Below, one piece after another: positions 18,074 through 27,304 of a DNA stretch of 64,000 bases (the first letter of the stretch is position 1; every line of letters starts with the position of its first letter). Source of the DNA: an uncultured Gemmatimonadales bacterium (GTDB taxonomy: Bacteria; Gemmatimonadota; Gemmatimonadetes; Longimicrobiales; RSA9); NCBI GenBank assembly GCA_963798845.1, contig CAWCUS010000001.1:672001-736000 (forward strand). The letters are read 5' to 3'. The notes under the pieces are model-generated. The model made no database searches. It had not been told where the DNA came from and worked only from the letters and a program-made list of their open reading frames with translations. Made by a program: the position numbers and the translations under genes.

Positions 18074-20263
18074 ATGTTCATGCACGCAACGTCTCCCCTT
18101 TTTCCCTGGCTGCTCGCGGCCACGGCGTTCGCCGCGGCGTCTGGAGGGTGCTCGGACGCCTCCGTGACGGCCCCGCCCGACAATGGGGGCGAGCCGCTTC
18201 CCTCGCAGGATGGGCATCGCTTCACCTACTCGCCGCCACCGCAGGCGCCTCCGATCGCCGACATCAGCGTCCGGGGGAGCTTCAACGGGTGGGAAGAGAA
18301 GCCGATGGCGAAGGGCACGAGTGGGGTCTGGCAGGTCGTCGTCGACCTCCCGGACGGGACGCATCAGTACAAGTTCTACGTGAACGGTGCGTGGGTGAAC
18401 GACATGTGCTACGACCCCACGTGGGGCGATCCGGACAACGGGTATGTCGTGGACCCGGCAGCGACCGGATGCGTGTCGGACGGAAACAGCGGCGCGAACG
18501 CGGTGCTGGCGCTGGGCGCGCTGCAGCTGGACTTCCGCCACCAGCCCGGCGGGGCCGCGTACGTGTCGGAGGCCGGGGGTCGCCTGTCGGTGCGGTTCAG
18601 GGCGCGCGCCGGGGTGGTGACGACGGCCGCCGTGGCCGCCGGGGACTCGACCTTCCCGATGCACCTGCAGCTGGTGGACGGGATCACGGAGGTGTGGCGA
18701 GCGTCGTTGCCGGACGCGACGACCGGCTACGCGATTGACGTCGCCACGGTGGACAGCACGGCGCACTTCGGGCCGTACCAGGTGCCGGCGAGCCTGTTCC
18801 GCTCGATTCGGTGGGTGGAGGACGCCGTCGGCTACCAGATCTTTCCGGAGCGCTTCTGGAACGGAGACCGTGGCAACGACCACTGGACAATGGACACGGA
18901 CGAGATCCACTTCCGGGACCCGTCGCTCCCGCCGTGGGACACGGTGTTCACCGACGACTGGAGCGGTCCGGCCACCGGATGGCTCCCCTCGCACCAGTAC
19001 TTCGGCGGGGACCTCCAGGGCATCATCGACCGTCTGGGACACCTGGATTCCCTCGGGGTGAGCGCGGTCTACCTCAACCCGGTCTTCCTGGCCGGCTCCG
19101 CACACGGGTACGACACGTACGACTACCTGAAGGTGGCGCCGAACCTCGGGGACAGCACGCTGCTCCGATCGTTCCTCGACGCCGCGCACGCGCGGGGAAT
19201 CCGCGTGATCTGGGATTTCGTTCCGAACCACGTGGGTATCGGCCACTGGGCGTTCCAGGATGCCCTGGCGAAGGGAGAGGCGAGCGAGTACTGGGACTGG
19301 TTCACCTTCAAGGTGCCCGCGGACTCCGTCCAGGCCGGGGACGACGATGACTACGAGAGCTGGGGAGGTAGCGGTTCGCTTCCGGAGCTCCGGACGGACA
19401 ACCCGGAGGTGATGGACCACCTCCTGGACGTCACCCGCCACTGGACGACCTTCGGCTTTGACGGCATCCGCGTGGACGTCCCGTTCGACATCGGCAACCG
19501 CAGCACGTTCTTCCCGGCGTTCCGCGCCGCGGCGAAGGCGATCGACCCCGAGGCGTATCTCGTGGGCGAGATCTGGAACCAGGTGCCAAGCTGGCTGCGG
19601 GGGGGCGAGTTCGACGCACTCATGAACTACGCCCTCGGCCAGCGCATGGTGGAAGCGTTCGCCGACGGCGACATCAGCGGTGTAGCGGCGGCCCGACGGA
19701 TGGCGTCCATGTACACCGAGTACCCGGAGGCGGCCGTGGCCATGATGTTCAACGTCATCGCGTCCCACGATACCGACCGGCTGCTCACCATGCTCGGCGG
19801 TGGCCACTACGGGGCGACCCCCGGCCCCGAACCGCTCGCCCGACAGCGGCTCGCCTCCGCGCTGCTCTATGCGCTCCCCGGCATGCCCGTCACGTTTCAG
19901 GGCGACGAGTGCGCCCAGCTCGGCGCCAAGTCGAGGAGCGACATGGAGCGTTACCCGGTGCAATGGAGCCAGTGCGACCGGGAGATGGTGGGGCACTACG
20001 TCCGGCTGGCCGGGCTGAAGCACGGGCTGGCGGCCCTCGGGTCTCCCGTGGTTCGGGCGGGTGAGGCTTCGCCGACCCTGCTCTCGTTCCACCGGGGCGA
20101 GCCGGGCCCGGGTGAGGTGCTGGCCGTGTTCAACAACGGCTCCGGTGAGGCAACGCTCGCGCTCCCGCCCGGCATCTGGAGCGACGCGGAGACCGGCGAG
20201 GCGGTGAATGGGAGCGTGGCCATGGAGGGACTCGGCTGGCGCTACCTGGTCCGGGGCGACTGA
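18074..20263 (+). CDS. GH13 alpha-amylase/neopullulanase-like lipoprotein with N-terminal CBM48/AMPK-type glycogen-binding domain
   Basis: Signal peptide ending SGGC; GSFNGW...YKFYVNG; YQIFPERF, GGDLQGI, HGYD, DFVPNH, GIRVDV, GEIW, SHD catalytic regions. Confidence 0.92.
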   Translation: MFMHATSPLFPWLLAATAFAAASGGCSDASVTAPPDNGGEPLPSQDGHRFTYSPPPQAPPIADISVRGSFNGWEEKPMAKGTSGVWQVVVDLPDGTHQYKFYVNGAWVNDMCYDPTWGDPDNGYVVDPAATGCVSDGNSGANAVLALGALQLDFRHQPGGAAYVSEAGGRLSVRFRARAGVVTTAAVAAGDSTFPMHLQLVDGITEVWRASLPDATTGYAIDVATVDSTAHFGPYQVPASLFRSIRWVEDAVGYQIFPERFWNGDRGNDHWTMDTDEIHFRDPSLPPWDTVFTDDWSGPATGWLPSHQYFGGDLQGIIDRLGHLDSLGVSAVYLNPVFLAGSAHGYDTYDYLKVAPNLGDSTLLRSFLDAAHARGIRVIWDFVPNHVGIGHWAFQDALAKGEASEYWDWFTFKVPADSVQAGDDDDYESWGGSGSLPELRTDNPEVMDHLLDVTRHWTTFGFDGIRVDVPFDIGNRSTFFPAFRAAAKAIDPEAYLVGEIWNQVPSWLRGGEFDALMNYALGQRMVEAFADGDISGVAAARRMASMYTEYPEAAVAMMFNVIASHDTDRLLTMLGGGHYGATPGPEPLARQRLASALLYALPGMPVTFQGDECAQLGAKSRSDMERYPVQWSQCDREMVGHYVRLAGLKHGLAALGSPVVRAGEASPTLLSFHRGEPGPGEVLAVFNNGSGEATLALPPGIWSDAETGEAVNGSVAMEGLGWRYLVRGD

Positions 20264-20343
20264 GCCGTGGCGCGCCAGCCCATGCGCCGATCGGGCGGAG
20301 TCCGGATGCGGGCGGCGTCGGCGGCGGCCGCCGGGGCGGTCGC

Positions 20344-20775
20344 GTGGTGATCCGGTTCGTCGTCTACGGTCTGCTCGGCTGGGCGGTGGAGATCGTGTTC
20401 ACCGCGGCCAAGCGGCTGCGGGACCCCGGCCGATGGCGGCTCGAGGGGAGAACCTACGTCTGGATGTTCTTCATCTATGGCCTCATCGCCCCGCTGTACG
20501 AGCCGCTCCACGACGCCATCCGTGTCTGGCCGCTGCCGGCCCGCGCGCTGCTGTACGGCGCCGGGTTCCTGCTGGTGGAGTACCTCTCCGGTTGGGTGCT
20601 GCGGCGGCTCACGGGCGCGTGCCCATGGGACTACACGAAGCGGGCGCGCTGGCACCTGCACGGGCTCATCCGCTGGGACTACGCCCCGCTGTGGATGCTG
20701 CTCGGTCTGGCACTCGAGCCGGTTCACGATTTCCTGGTGAGGCTCACGCCCGCCATCCGCGACGCCCTCGGGTAG
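20344..20775 (+). CDS. Membrane protein of the putative ABC permease CmpB/DUF1113/TMEM229 type
   Basis: YGLLGWAVE, WMFFIYG, EYLSGW..CPWDY, LIRWDYAPLW. Confidence 0.78.
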   Translation: MVIRFVVYGLLGWAVEIVFTAAKRLRDPGRWRLEGRTYVWMFFIYGLIAPLYEPLHDAIRVWPLPARALLYGAGFLLVEYLSGWVLRRLTGACPWDYTKRARWHLHGLIRWDYAPLWMLLGLALEPVHDFLVRLTPAIRDALG

Positions 20776-20907
20776 GCCGTCCCGCCGTCCCCGCGCGCAT
20801 CGCGCACCCGCCTTGCGCGACGGGGGACGCTCGGCTTGCTCGCCGCACCGCCGAACCGCTAGCGTGCTGGGCTCACCCACGACCACAGGGGGACGGCGGG
20901 AGATGTA

Positions 20908-21525
20908 GTGGACGCGCTCACCGTACGCGGATTGACCCGGAGCTTCGGCCCGCTCCGGGTGCTGGATGCCATCGATTTCACGGTCCCGCGCGGCCGGGTG
21001 GCCGTGCTGCTGGGGCCGAACGGCGCGGGCAAGACGACGCTGCTGCGCTGCGTGGTGGGCGCGGAGCGCCCGGACGCGGGGGAGGTGGTGCTCGAGGGGC
21101 ACCGCATGGACGAAACCGACCCGTGGGTCCGGGCGGCGGTCGCGGCAGTCCTGGATGACATGGATTTCTTCCCGGACCTCTCGGTCCTCGAGCACCTCCA
21201 GCTGCTCGCGCTGGCACACGGCGGGGACCCGGCAAACGTCCCGGAGGTGGTGACGGAGCTGGGGCTCGATCCCGCCCGCGACCAGCTACCGGCGACGCTT
21301 TCGAGTGGCCAGCGACGCCGGCTGGCGCTGGCTTCCTGCTTCGTCCGTCCGCGTCGTCTGCTCGTGCTGGACGAGCCCGAGCAGCGGCTGGACGTGCGAG
21401 GCCGCGCGTGGCTCGCCCGGCGGCTGAAGCGTGAGAAGGCGGACGGCACCACCGTGCTCATGGCGTCCCACGATTCCGAGCTGGTCGACGCCGTGGCCGA
21501 CCTCCGGATCGAGCTGGGCGCGTGA
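20908..21525 (+). CDS. ABC transporter ATP-binding protein
   Basis: GPNGAGKTT, LSSGQ, LLVLDEP, SHD. Confidence 0.93.
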   Translation: MDALTVRGLTRSFGPLRVLDAIDFTVPRGRVAVLLGPNGAGKTTLLRCVVGAERPDAGEVVLEGHRMDETDPWVRAAVAAVLDDMDFFPDLSVLEHLQLLALAHGGDPANVPEVVTELGLDPARDQLPATLSSGQRRRLALASCFVRPRRLLVLDEPEQRLDVRGRAWLARRLKREKADGTTVLMASHDSELVDAVADLRIELGA

Positions 21526-21613
21526 GCCGACGCGCCACACCCGCCACCACCCCGTGCTGCGGCGACGCCCACCGGGTCGGGCGGGCGCACGCGGAAGGCG
21601 GGGGCGGGGCCAC

Positions 21614-23053
21614 GTGAGTGCGACGCTCGCTGCCGCGCCCCACCGCATCCCGCGCCCGTCGACGTGGCGGGGCGCGCTGAAGCGCGCGCGCCGCAGACAC
21701 CACGCGCGCTCCACGGGCGATGTCCTCACCGACCTGTACATGCTGCTCTGGGTGCTGGTGGTATACGGCGGCGCACTGGTGTCCACGGTACGGGAGCACC
21801 TGCGCACGCCGCCGGGAGTGGCGGGCCTGGCGGCGGAGCGGGTTTGGATCGCCGCCGCCGTCATCCTGGCGGGGTCGGGGCTGCTGTGGCAGGGGGTCCG
21901 GGCCGTGGGCCCCCTCGTGGCGTCGCCCGCGGAGCAGTCGTGGGGCGTCTCCTCGCCCATGGACCGGCGACGCTGGCTCCTCCCCCGCTTCGTCGCCCTC
22001 CTCCTCGCCGGACTCGTGGGCGGGGCGGCGTCCGCCGGCATGGTGGTGATCCTCGGCCTCCGGGGGCATGGCTTCGGCGCGGCGCTGGCGGCGGGCGGGG
22101 TGTGGGGCCTTGGCGCCATGGCCGCCGCGGTGGCAGCCCAGGGCGCGCGCACGCGGCGCGGGCGGATCACCCTCCTTCCGGCCCGCATCGCCGGGCCAGC
22201 GCTCACGGCCGCCGGGACGCTCGCCGCCGCGGCGGTCGTGGCCGCCCACTATGGCGGCCGAGGCCTCCCCCTCCCCGACGCCCCGGTTGCGAAGTGGCTG
22301 GTGGCCGGCGGCGGCGCGCTGGCGCTCGGGGCCTGCGTCCTCGCGACGCGCGCGCTGCGCCAGGTGGACCGGGCAGCGCTGGGTGCCGGAGCGGAGATCG
22401 CTGCGGCCGCGCTGAGCGCGACCGTGTGGACGGATCCCTCGCTCCTGTCCCGCGTCCTGGAAGTGCGCCGCTGGCGACGCGTCGGCCGGGTTCGGAGCCG
22501 ACACTTCTTCGGCGCGGTGCCGGGCGTGTCGCCCCGGGCGTGGTCGCTCCTGCAGGGAGAGGTGCGGCGGGTGGCGCGTCGCCCGATGTCCCTGGTGGTC
22601 TGGGCTGCGCTCGGTCTGGCGCAGTACGCCATAGCCGTCGTGGCGCCCTCGGTGGCCGGCGTGGCCCACGTCATCGGCGCGTACATGGCGGCAGGGCGCC
22701 TCACGGGCGGGCTGCGCGCGATCGCCGGATCGGCGGGGCTGAGGCGCGCGGTGGGCGGCGGGGAGCTGGAGCTGCGCCTCATCCACGTCGTGGTCCCCGC
22801 CGTCGGGACCGCGCTCTGGTGGGTCCTGACGGCGCCGGCCGGGGGGCCACCGCTGGGCTCGGGCGAGGTGTTCCTGGTGCTGGGCGTGGTGGCGGCGGCG
22901 TACCGCTCCGCCACCCGCCCACCCATGACCTACGGCGGCTCCGCCATGGACAGTCCGGTCGGCCTATTCCCTACGGACCTCCTGCTCCAGCTGGCGCGCG
23001 GCCCGGACCTGCTGGGCGTGGTGCTGATCGTTCGCCTGATCCTGGGCCACTGA
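21614..23053 (+). CDS. Multi-pass membrane protein, probable ABC permease (DUF6297-like)
   Basis: About 12 hydrophobic segments; GPLVASPAEQSW..SSPMDRR; follows the ABC ATPase; start uncertain. Confidence 0.7.
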   Translation: MSATLAAAPHRIPRPSTWRGALKRARRRHHARSTGDVLTDLYMLLWVLVVYGGALVSTVREHLRTPPGVAGLAAERVWIAAAVILAGSGLLWQGVRAVGPLVASPAEQSWGVSSPMDRRRWLLPRFVALLLAGLVGGAASAGMVVILGLRGHGFGAALAAGGVWGLGAMAAAVAAQGARTRRGRITLLPARIAGPALTAAGTLAAAAVVAAHYGGRGLPLPDAPVAKWLVAGGGALALGACVLATRALRQVDRAALGAGAEIAAAALSATVWTDPSLLSRVLEVRRWRRVGRVRSRHFFGAVPGVSPRAWSLLQGEVRRVARRPMSLVVWAALGLAQYAIAVVAPSVAGVAHVIGAYMAAGRLTGGLRAIAGSAGLRRAVGGGELELRLIHVVVPAVGTALWWVLTAPAGGPPLGSGEVFLVLGVVAAAYRSATRPPMTYGGSAMDSPVGLFPTDLLLQLARGPDLLGVVLIVRLILGH

Positions 23054-23071
23054 GGCGGTGCGGCGACGTCT

Positions 23072-23848
23072 TCAGCCGCCTCCCAGCGCCTCCAGCCGCT
23101 CCTTCGCCCGCCGGTTCTCCGGGTCCCGCTGCAGCACGGTCCGGTACGACGCGATGGCGTCCGAGGTCCGCCCCATCCGCTCGTACACCTGCCCCAGCTC
23201 GAACGGGATGGAGGCCGACTCCGGGTGGTACTCCCCGTTCAGCTTCAGGAAGGCGACGGCCGCGTCGGTCCGCCCTTCCCCCGCCAGCCCCATCGCCGCA
23301 TCCGTGAGGGCCCCCTCCCGGAAGTCGTAGGCCCCCGCCTCCATCATCGTCGTGCGCAGCTCCCGGTAGCGCGCGAGGGCAGCGTCGAGCCCGTCCTTCT
23401 CGAGAACGCGGTGCAACTCCTGGTCGAGGAGGTACGGCTTCTCCAGACCGCGGTGGCACGTCTTGCAGCGAACGGGGAGCGTCGGGCCTTCCTGGTGCGG
23501 GAGGTCGGGAAGGATCTCCGTGTTGAGCCGGTGGACCATGTGCATCATGAAGCGCGCCCGGTCCTTGGTCGGCTTGTCGTCCAGGTCGAAGCGGGCTCCG
23601 CGGAACGAGTCGTCCGGGCCCATCACGTGGCAGAACTCGCAATGGACGCCGAGGGCGTTGGCGAACCCGCGCATGGCGGCGAGAAGCTGATCGTGCGGGA
23701 TGTCCGGGGGGAACACCTCGAGGTTGGTGAACGAATCCGGCACCTGCGCCGAGGCCGGTCGAGCACCAGCCGTCGCGGCGAGGATGGCGGAAACGACCAG
23801 AGCGGTCAGGACCGTGGGGGCGGTGCTGCGGATCACTCGCGTTCTCAT
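23072..23848 (-). CDS. Exported diheme c-type cytochrome (reaction-centre-cytochrome-like fold) with C-terminal TPR
   Basis: Signal peptide, NLEVF, M...LGVHCEFCH, KDRARFMMHMV..LN, CKTCHRG, then a TPR (FELGQVY...AIASYRTVLQRDPEN). Confidence 0.85.
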   Translation of the reverse strand: MRTRVIRSTAPTVLTALVVSAILAATAGARPASAQVPDSFTNLEVFPPDIPHDQLLAAMRGFANALGVHCEFCHVMGPDDSFRGARFDLDDKPTKDRARFMMHMVHRLNTEILPDLPHQEGPTLPVRCKTCHRGLEKPYLLDQELHRVLEKDGLDAALARYRELRTTMMEAGAYDFREGALTDAAMGLAGEGRTDAAVAFLKLNGEYHPESASIPFELGQVYERMGRTSDAIASYRTVLQRDPENRRAKERLEALGGG

Positions 23849-24054
23849 GGGGGCGAACCAGGTCCGGAGGGAACGGGCAGGCTTCGACATGCGGTACTAT
23901 GAGGCGCTCGCGCTCACGCCGCCACCCGGAAACCCGGCGCTCGCCGTGCCGCCGGTCCAACCATTGCGACGCCACGACCTCTCCGCCACTCTACCGGTGT
24001 CCGCAGGGATATGCGGGCACCGACCGTTCCCAGCGAATCCCACGGAGGCCGGAG

Positions 24055-24966
24055 ATGAAGCGGTGGCTGCCGGCGGTTCTCGCGGGCGGCGTGGCTCTGG
24101 CTGCCGCGTGCGACGACACGGCCGCCCCGGGCAGCAACGAGCTGCTGGGGGAGTACACCGCCGTGGAAGCGGATGGCGGCTCGCTCCCGATCGATTGGGC
24201 GCCAGCCGTCCAGCTCACGGGCGCGCTCCTCGCCCTGGGCGCCTCGCCCGAGCAGCGCTTCACCCTCACCTACCTGCTCGCCGTCCGCGACACCACACCC
24301 CCGCCACCCGACAGCACCGGCACGCCACCCGACAGCACCGGCACGCCACCGGACAGCACCGGCACGCCACCGGACAGCACCGGCACTCCACCCGACAGCA
24401 CCGGCACGCCGCCGGACAGCACCGGCACGCCGCCCGACACCACCAGCTCGGGCGGGCTGCGCGCGGCCGCGGCGGACAGCGTGAGCGCCGACACCTGCGA
24501 GGTGCTCGGGGATTGGGCCATGAGCGGGGACTCGCTCGTGGCTGTGGACAGCACCATCACGGTCTCCGGCAGCGGATGCGGCGCCGAGGTCGGCCTCGGC
24601 ATCGCGGCAGGGGGGACGGCGATCCTGGTTCAGGCGGACGCGGCGGACGCGGAAGAAGGTCCCTTCCACGCCCTCCGGTTCGAGCGGCGGATCGTGGACC
24701 GCCTCGCCGCCGAGCCGGACACTCTCCTCATCGCCGGGCTGGGGCAGGAGCGTTCGCTGCACGTGGTCCTGGCCGACCAGGCGGGCGTCGCGTACGACGT
24801 CCGCACCGATCTCCGGATCGGGCTCCAGGGCGCGTCGGTGGTGGAGCTGGTGGAGAGCGCCGCGCCGGACTCGCTGGTCCTGCGCTCCGTCCTCGCGGGA
24901 CAGGCGCAGCTGATTCTCCTGGCGGGGTCGCGCGCGGACACGGTGAGGATCACGGTGACCCGGTAG
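24055..24966 (+). CDS. Lipoprotein with PPDSTGT tandem repeats
   Basis: GGAG RBS, lipobox LAAAC, repeat linker, beta-rich C-terminus. Confidence 0.75.
   Translation: MKRWLPAVLAGGVALAAACDDTAAPGSNELLGEYTAVEADGGSLPIDWAPAVQLTGALLALGASPEQRFTLTYLLAVRDTTPPPPDSTGTPPDSTGTPPDSTGTPPDSTGTPPDSTGTPPDSTGTPPDTTSSGGLRAAAADSVSADTCEVLGDWAMSGDSLVAVDSTITVSGSGCGAEVGLGIAAGGTAILVQADAADAEEGPFHALRFERRIVDRLAAEPDTLLIAGLGQERSLHVVLADQAGVAYDVRTDLRIGLQGASVVELVESAAPDSLVLRSVLAGQAQLILLAGSRADTVRITVTR
24304..24444 (+). repeat. Coding 21-bp tandem repeat, 6 copies plus 1 partial (PPDSTGT)
   Basis: CCRCCSGACAGCACCGGCACK units that vary only at synonymous positions. Confidence 0.95.
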
Positions 24967-25096
24967 GCACAGAGCGCAGGAAGGCGCGCCCCTCGCCCTC
25001 CTCCCATGGCGGCCTGGACGCCCCTTCCCTCCCACACCGGCCCCCCCCATGTTCCCCACGTTTCAACTCCAACCCGGATCGGGACGCACAGACACG

Positions 25097-26014
25097 ATGA
25101 AGCACATACGGACGGTGGGCGTGGCGCTGGCCTTCACCATGACGGCGGCAGGGACGGCGGCCGCGGCGATGTGGGGAGCGACGGGTCACGAGATCGTGGG
25201 CGAGGTGGCGGCGGCGTCGCTGCCAACGGACATGCCCGCGTTCTTCCGGGACGCCGCGCCGCAGCTGCGCTGGCTCGACCCCGAGCCCGACCGCTGGCGG
25301 GACAGGGACGCACCGGCCATGGACGAGGCGTTCAAGTACGACCACTACATCGACCTGGAGAACGTGCCGGCAGGGGCGCTGGACGCCCGGGACCGCTTCA
25401 CGTACCTGGAAGCCCTTTTCGCGGCGGGGCTGAAGAAGCCGCAGCAGACCGCAGGCTTCCTCCCGTACCGGATCCTCGAGATGCAGGAGCGGGTGACCAA
25501 CGGCTTCGCCCGGTGGCGGCGGGCGGAGGGAGAGCAGGAGCGGCGCTGGATCGAGGCGAGGATCATCAACGACGCCGGCATCCTCGGGCACTACGTCGCC
25601 GATGGCTCGAACCCGCACCACACCACGATCCACTTCAACGGCTGGGCCAAGGGGGCGGCGAACCCACGCGGCTTTGCCACGGCGCACGATATCCACTGGC
25701 GCTTCGAGAGCCTGTTCGTCGACGCGCACGTGACCGTTTCCGATGTGGCCGCCGCCGTCCCCCCCGGCACCGAGGCGATCCCGGATGTGCGCCAGGGGAT
25801 CATGGCCTATCTCCAGGCCACGCACGCACAGGTGGTCCCGCTCTACCAGATCGAGCAGAAGGTCGGCTTCCCTGGCGACTCGGCCGCCGCCGCGCCCGCG
25901 GCCAAGGCTTTCGTCGTGGACCGCCTCGCCGCCGGCGCCGAGATGCTGCGGGCTCTCTGGTACACCGCCTGGGTGGACAGCGAAGCCGTGGCCCGGCGGA
26001 GCGAAAGACGATGA
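25097..26014 (+). CDS. S1/P1 nuclease / Zn-dependent phospholipase C-like secreted protein
   Basis: Signal peptide then WGATGH, HYID, GHYVADGSNPHH, IHWRFES Zn ligands. Confidence 0.85.
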   Translation: MKHIRTVGVALAFTMTAAGTAAAAMWGATGHEIVGEVAAASLPTDMPAFFRDAAPQLRWLDPEPDRWRDRDAPAMDEAFKYDHYIDLENVPAGALDARDRFTYLEALFAAGLKKPQQTAGFLPYRILEMQERVTNGFARWRRAEGEQERRWIEARIINDAGILGHYVADGSNPHHTTIHFNGWAKGAANPRGFATAHDIHWRFESLFVDAHVTVSDVAAAVPPGTEAIPDVRQGIMAYLQATHAQVVPLYQIEQKVGFPGDSAAAAPAAKAFVVDRLAAGAEMLRALWYTAWVDSEAVARRSERR

Positions 26015-27264
26015 TCGACAGGATACGGGCGCAGTTTCCGGCGCTGGACCGGGAGGTGAACGGGGAGCGCGTCGCCTACTTCGACGGGCCGGGCGGGACG
26101 CAGGTGCCGGCCGCGGTGGCAGACGCAGTCCGAGCGTACCTCCTGGAGCACAACGCGAACGAGGGGTGGAACTACCCGACCAGCCACGAGACGGACGCAC
26201 TGCTCGCAGCGGGGCGCGCCGCGATCGCGGACCTCTTCGGCGCCCGGTCGGACGAGATCGCGTTCGGTCAGAACATGACCACGCTCACGCTCCGTCTGTC
26301 GCGCGCTCTCGGGCGCGAGATCGAGCCGGGGGACCGGGTGGTGGTGACGGAGCTGGACCACCATGCCAACGTGGACCCGTGGAAGGCGCTGGCGGATGAA
26401 CGCGGGGCGGAGATCCGGGTCGTGCGGATGGAGCCGTCGTCGGGAACGCTCGACCTGGACGATCTCCACGACGCGCTGAGCGGCCCCACCCGCATCCTCG
26501 CCATCGGCGCAGCCTCCAACGCCCTGGGGACCATTTCCGACGTGGCGGATGCCGCGGCGCGAGCCCGTGCGGCGGGGGCCACGGTGTTCGTGGACGCGGT
26601 GCACTACGCGCCCCACGAGCTGGTGGACGTGCGCGCGCTGGGCGCCGACTTCGTGGCCGCGTCCCCGTACAAGTTCTACGGGCCGCACCTGGGCGTGCTG
26701 TGGGGACCGTCCGACGCGATGGAAGCACTGCGGCTTCCGCGCGTGGCCTCGGCCCCGAACCACGCCCCGGAGCGGTTCGAGACCGGGACGATCAGCTTCG
26801 AAGCGGTGGCAGGGGCCACGGCCGCGGTGGACTTCATGGCGTCGCTGGGCGGGGAGGGCGCTGGCGACGAGGGCGACGGGCGACGGGCTCGGCTACGCGC
26901 GGCCTACGGGTGGCTGCACGGTCGGGGCGAGGCGCTCTTCCTTGCGCTGTGGGAAGGCATGAACGCCATCCCCGGGGTCCGCACCTTCGGACCGGCTCCG
27001 GGCGCGCCACGGACCCCGACTCTCGGCTTCGCGATCGCCGGCGTCGATCCGCGCGAGGCCGTGGCCGCCTACGCCGAGAGTGCGCTGTTCGTGACCCACG
27101 GCGACTTCTACGCCACGAGCGTCATCGAGCGGCTGGGGTATCGCGGGCGGGGAATCCTGCGGGCGGGGTGCGTGGCCTACACGTCGGAGGAGGAGGTCCG
27201 CCGGCTCGTGGACGCCACCGCGCGCGTCGCTGCCCGCTCCGGTGCCCGCGCGACGGCGGGCTGA
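26011..27264 (+). CDS. Cysteine desulfurase-like class V aminotransferase (VC1184-type)
   Basis: IRAQFPAL, YFDGPGGTQVP, LDHHANVDPW, DAVHYAPH, SPYKFYGPH, ETGT; ATGA overlap. Confidence 0.9.
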   Translation: MIDRIRAQFPALDREVNGERVAYFDGPGGTQVPAAVADAVRAYLLEHNANEGWNYPTSHETDALLAAGRAAIADLFGARSDEIAFGQNMTTLTLRLSRALGREIEPGDRVVVTELDHHANVDPWKALADERGAEIRVVRMEPSSGTLDLDDLHDALSGPTRILAIGAASNALGTISDVADAAARARAAGATVFVDAVHYAPHELVDVRALGADFVAASPYKFYGPHLGVLWGPSDAMEALRLPRVASAPNHAPERFETGTISFEAVAGATAAVDFMASLGGEGAGDEGDGRRARLRAAYGWLHGRGEALFLALWEGMNAIPGVRTFGPAPGAPRTPTLGFAIAGVDPREAVAAYAESALFVTHGDFYATSVIERLGYRGRGILRAGCVAYTSEEEVRRLVDATARVAARSGARATAG

Positions 27265-27304
27265 CCGTTCATCGGCGTCGGGGGCAGTCGGACCGTCGTC
27301 CACG

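Noticed and set aside
23072..23848. Evidence of phototrophy (pufC)
   Set aside because: Only two hemes, TPR fusion, no photosynthesis genes nearby
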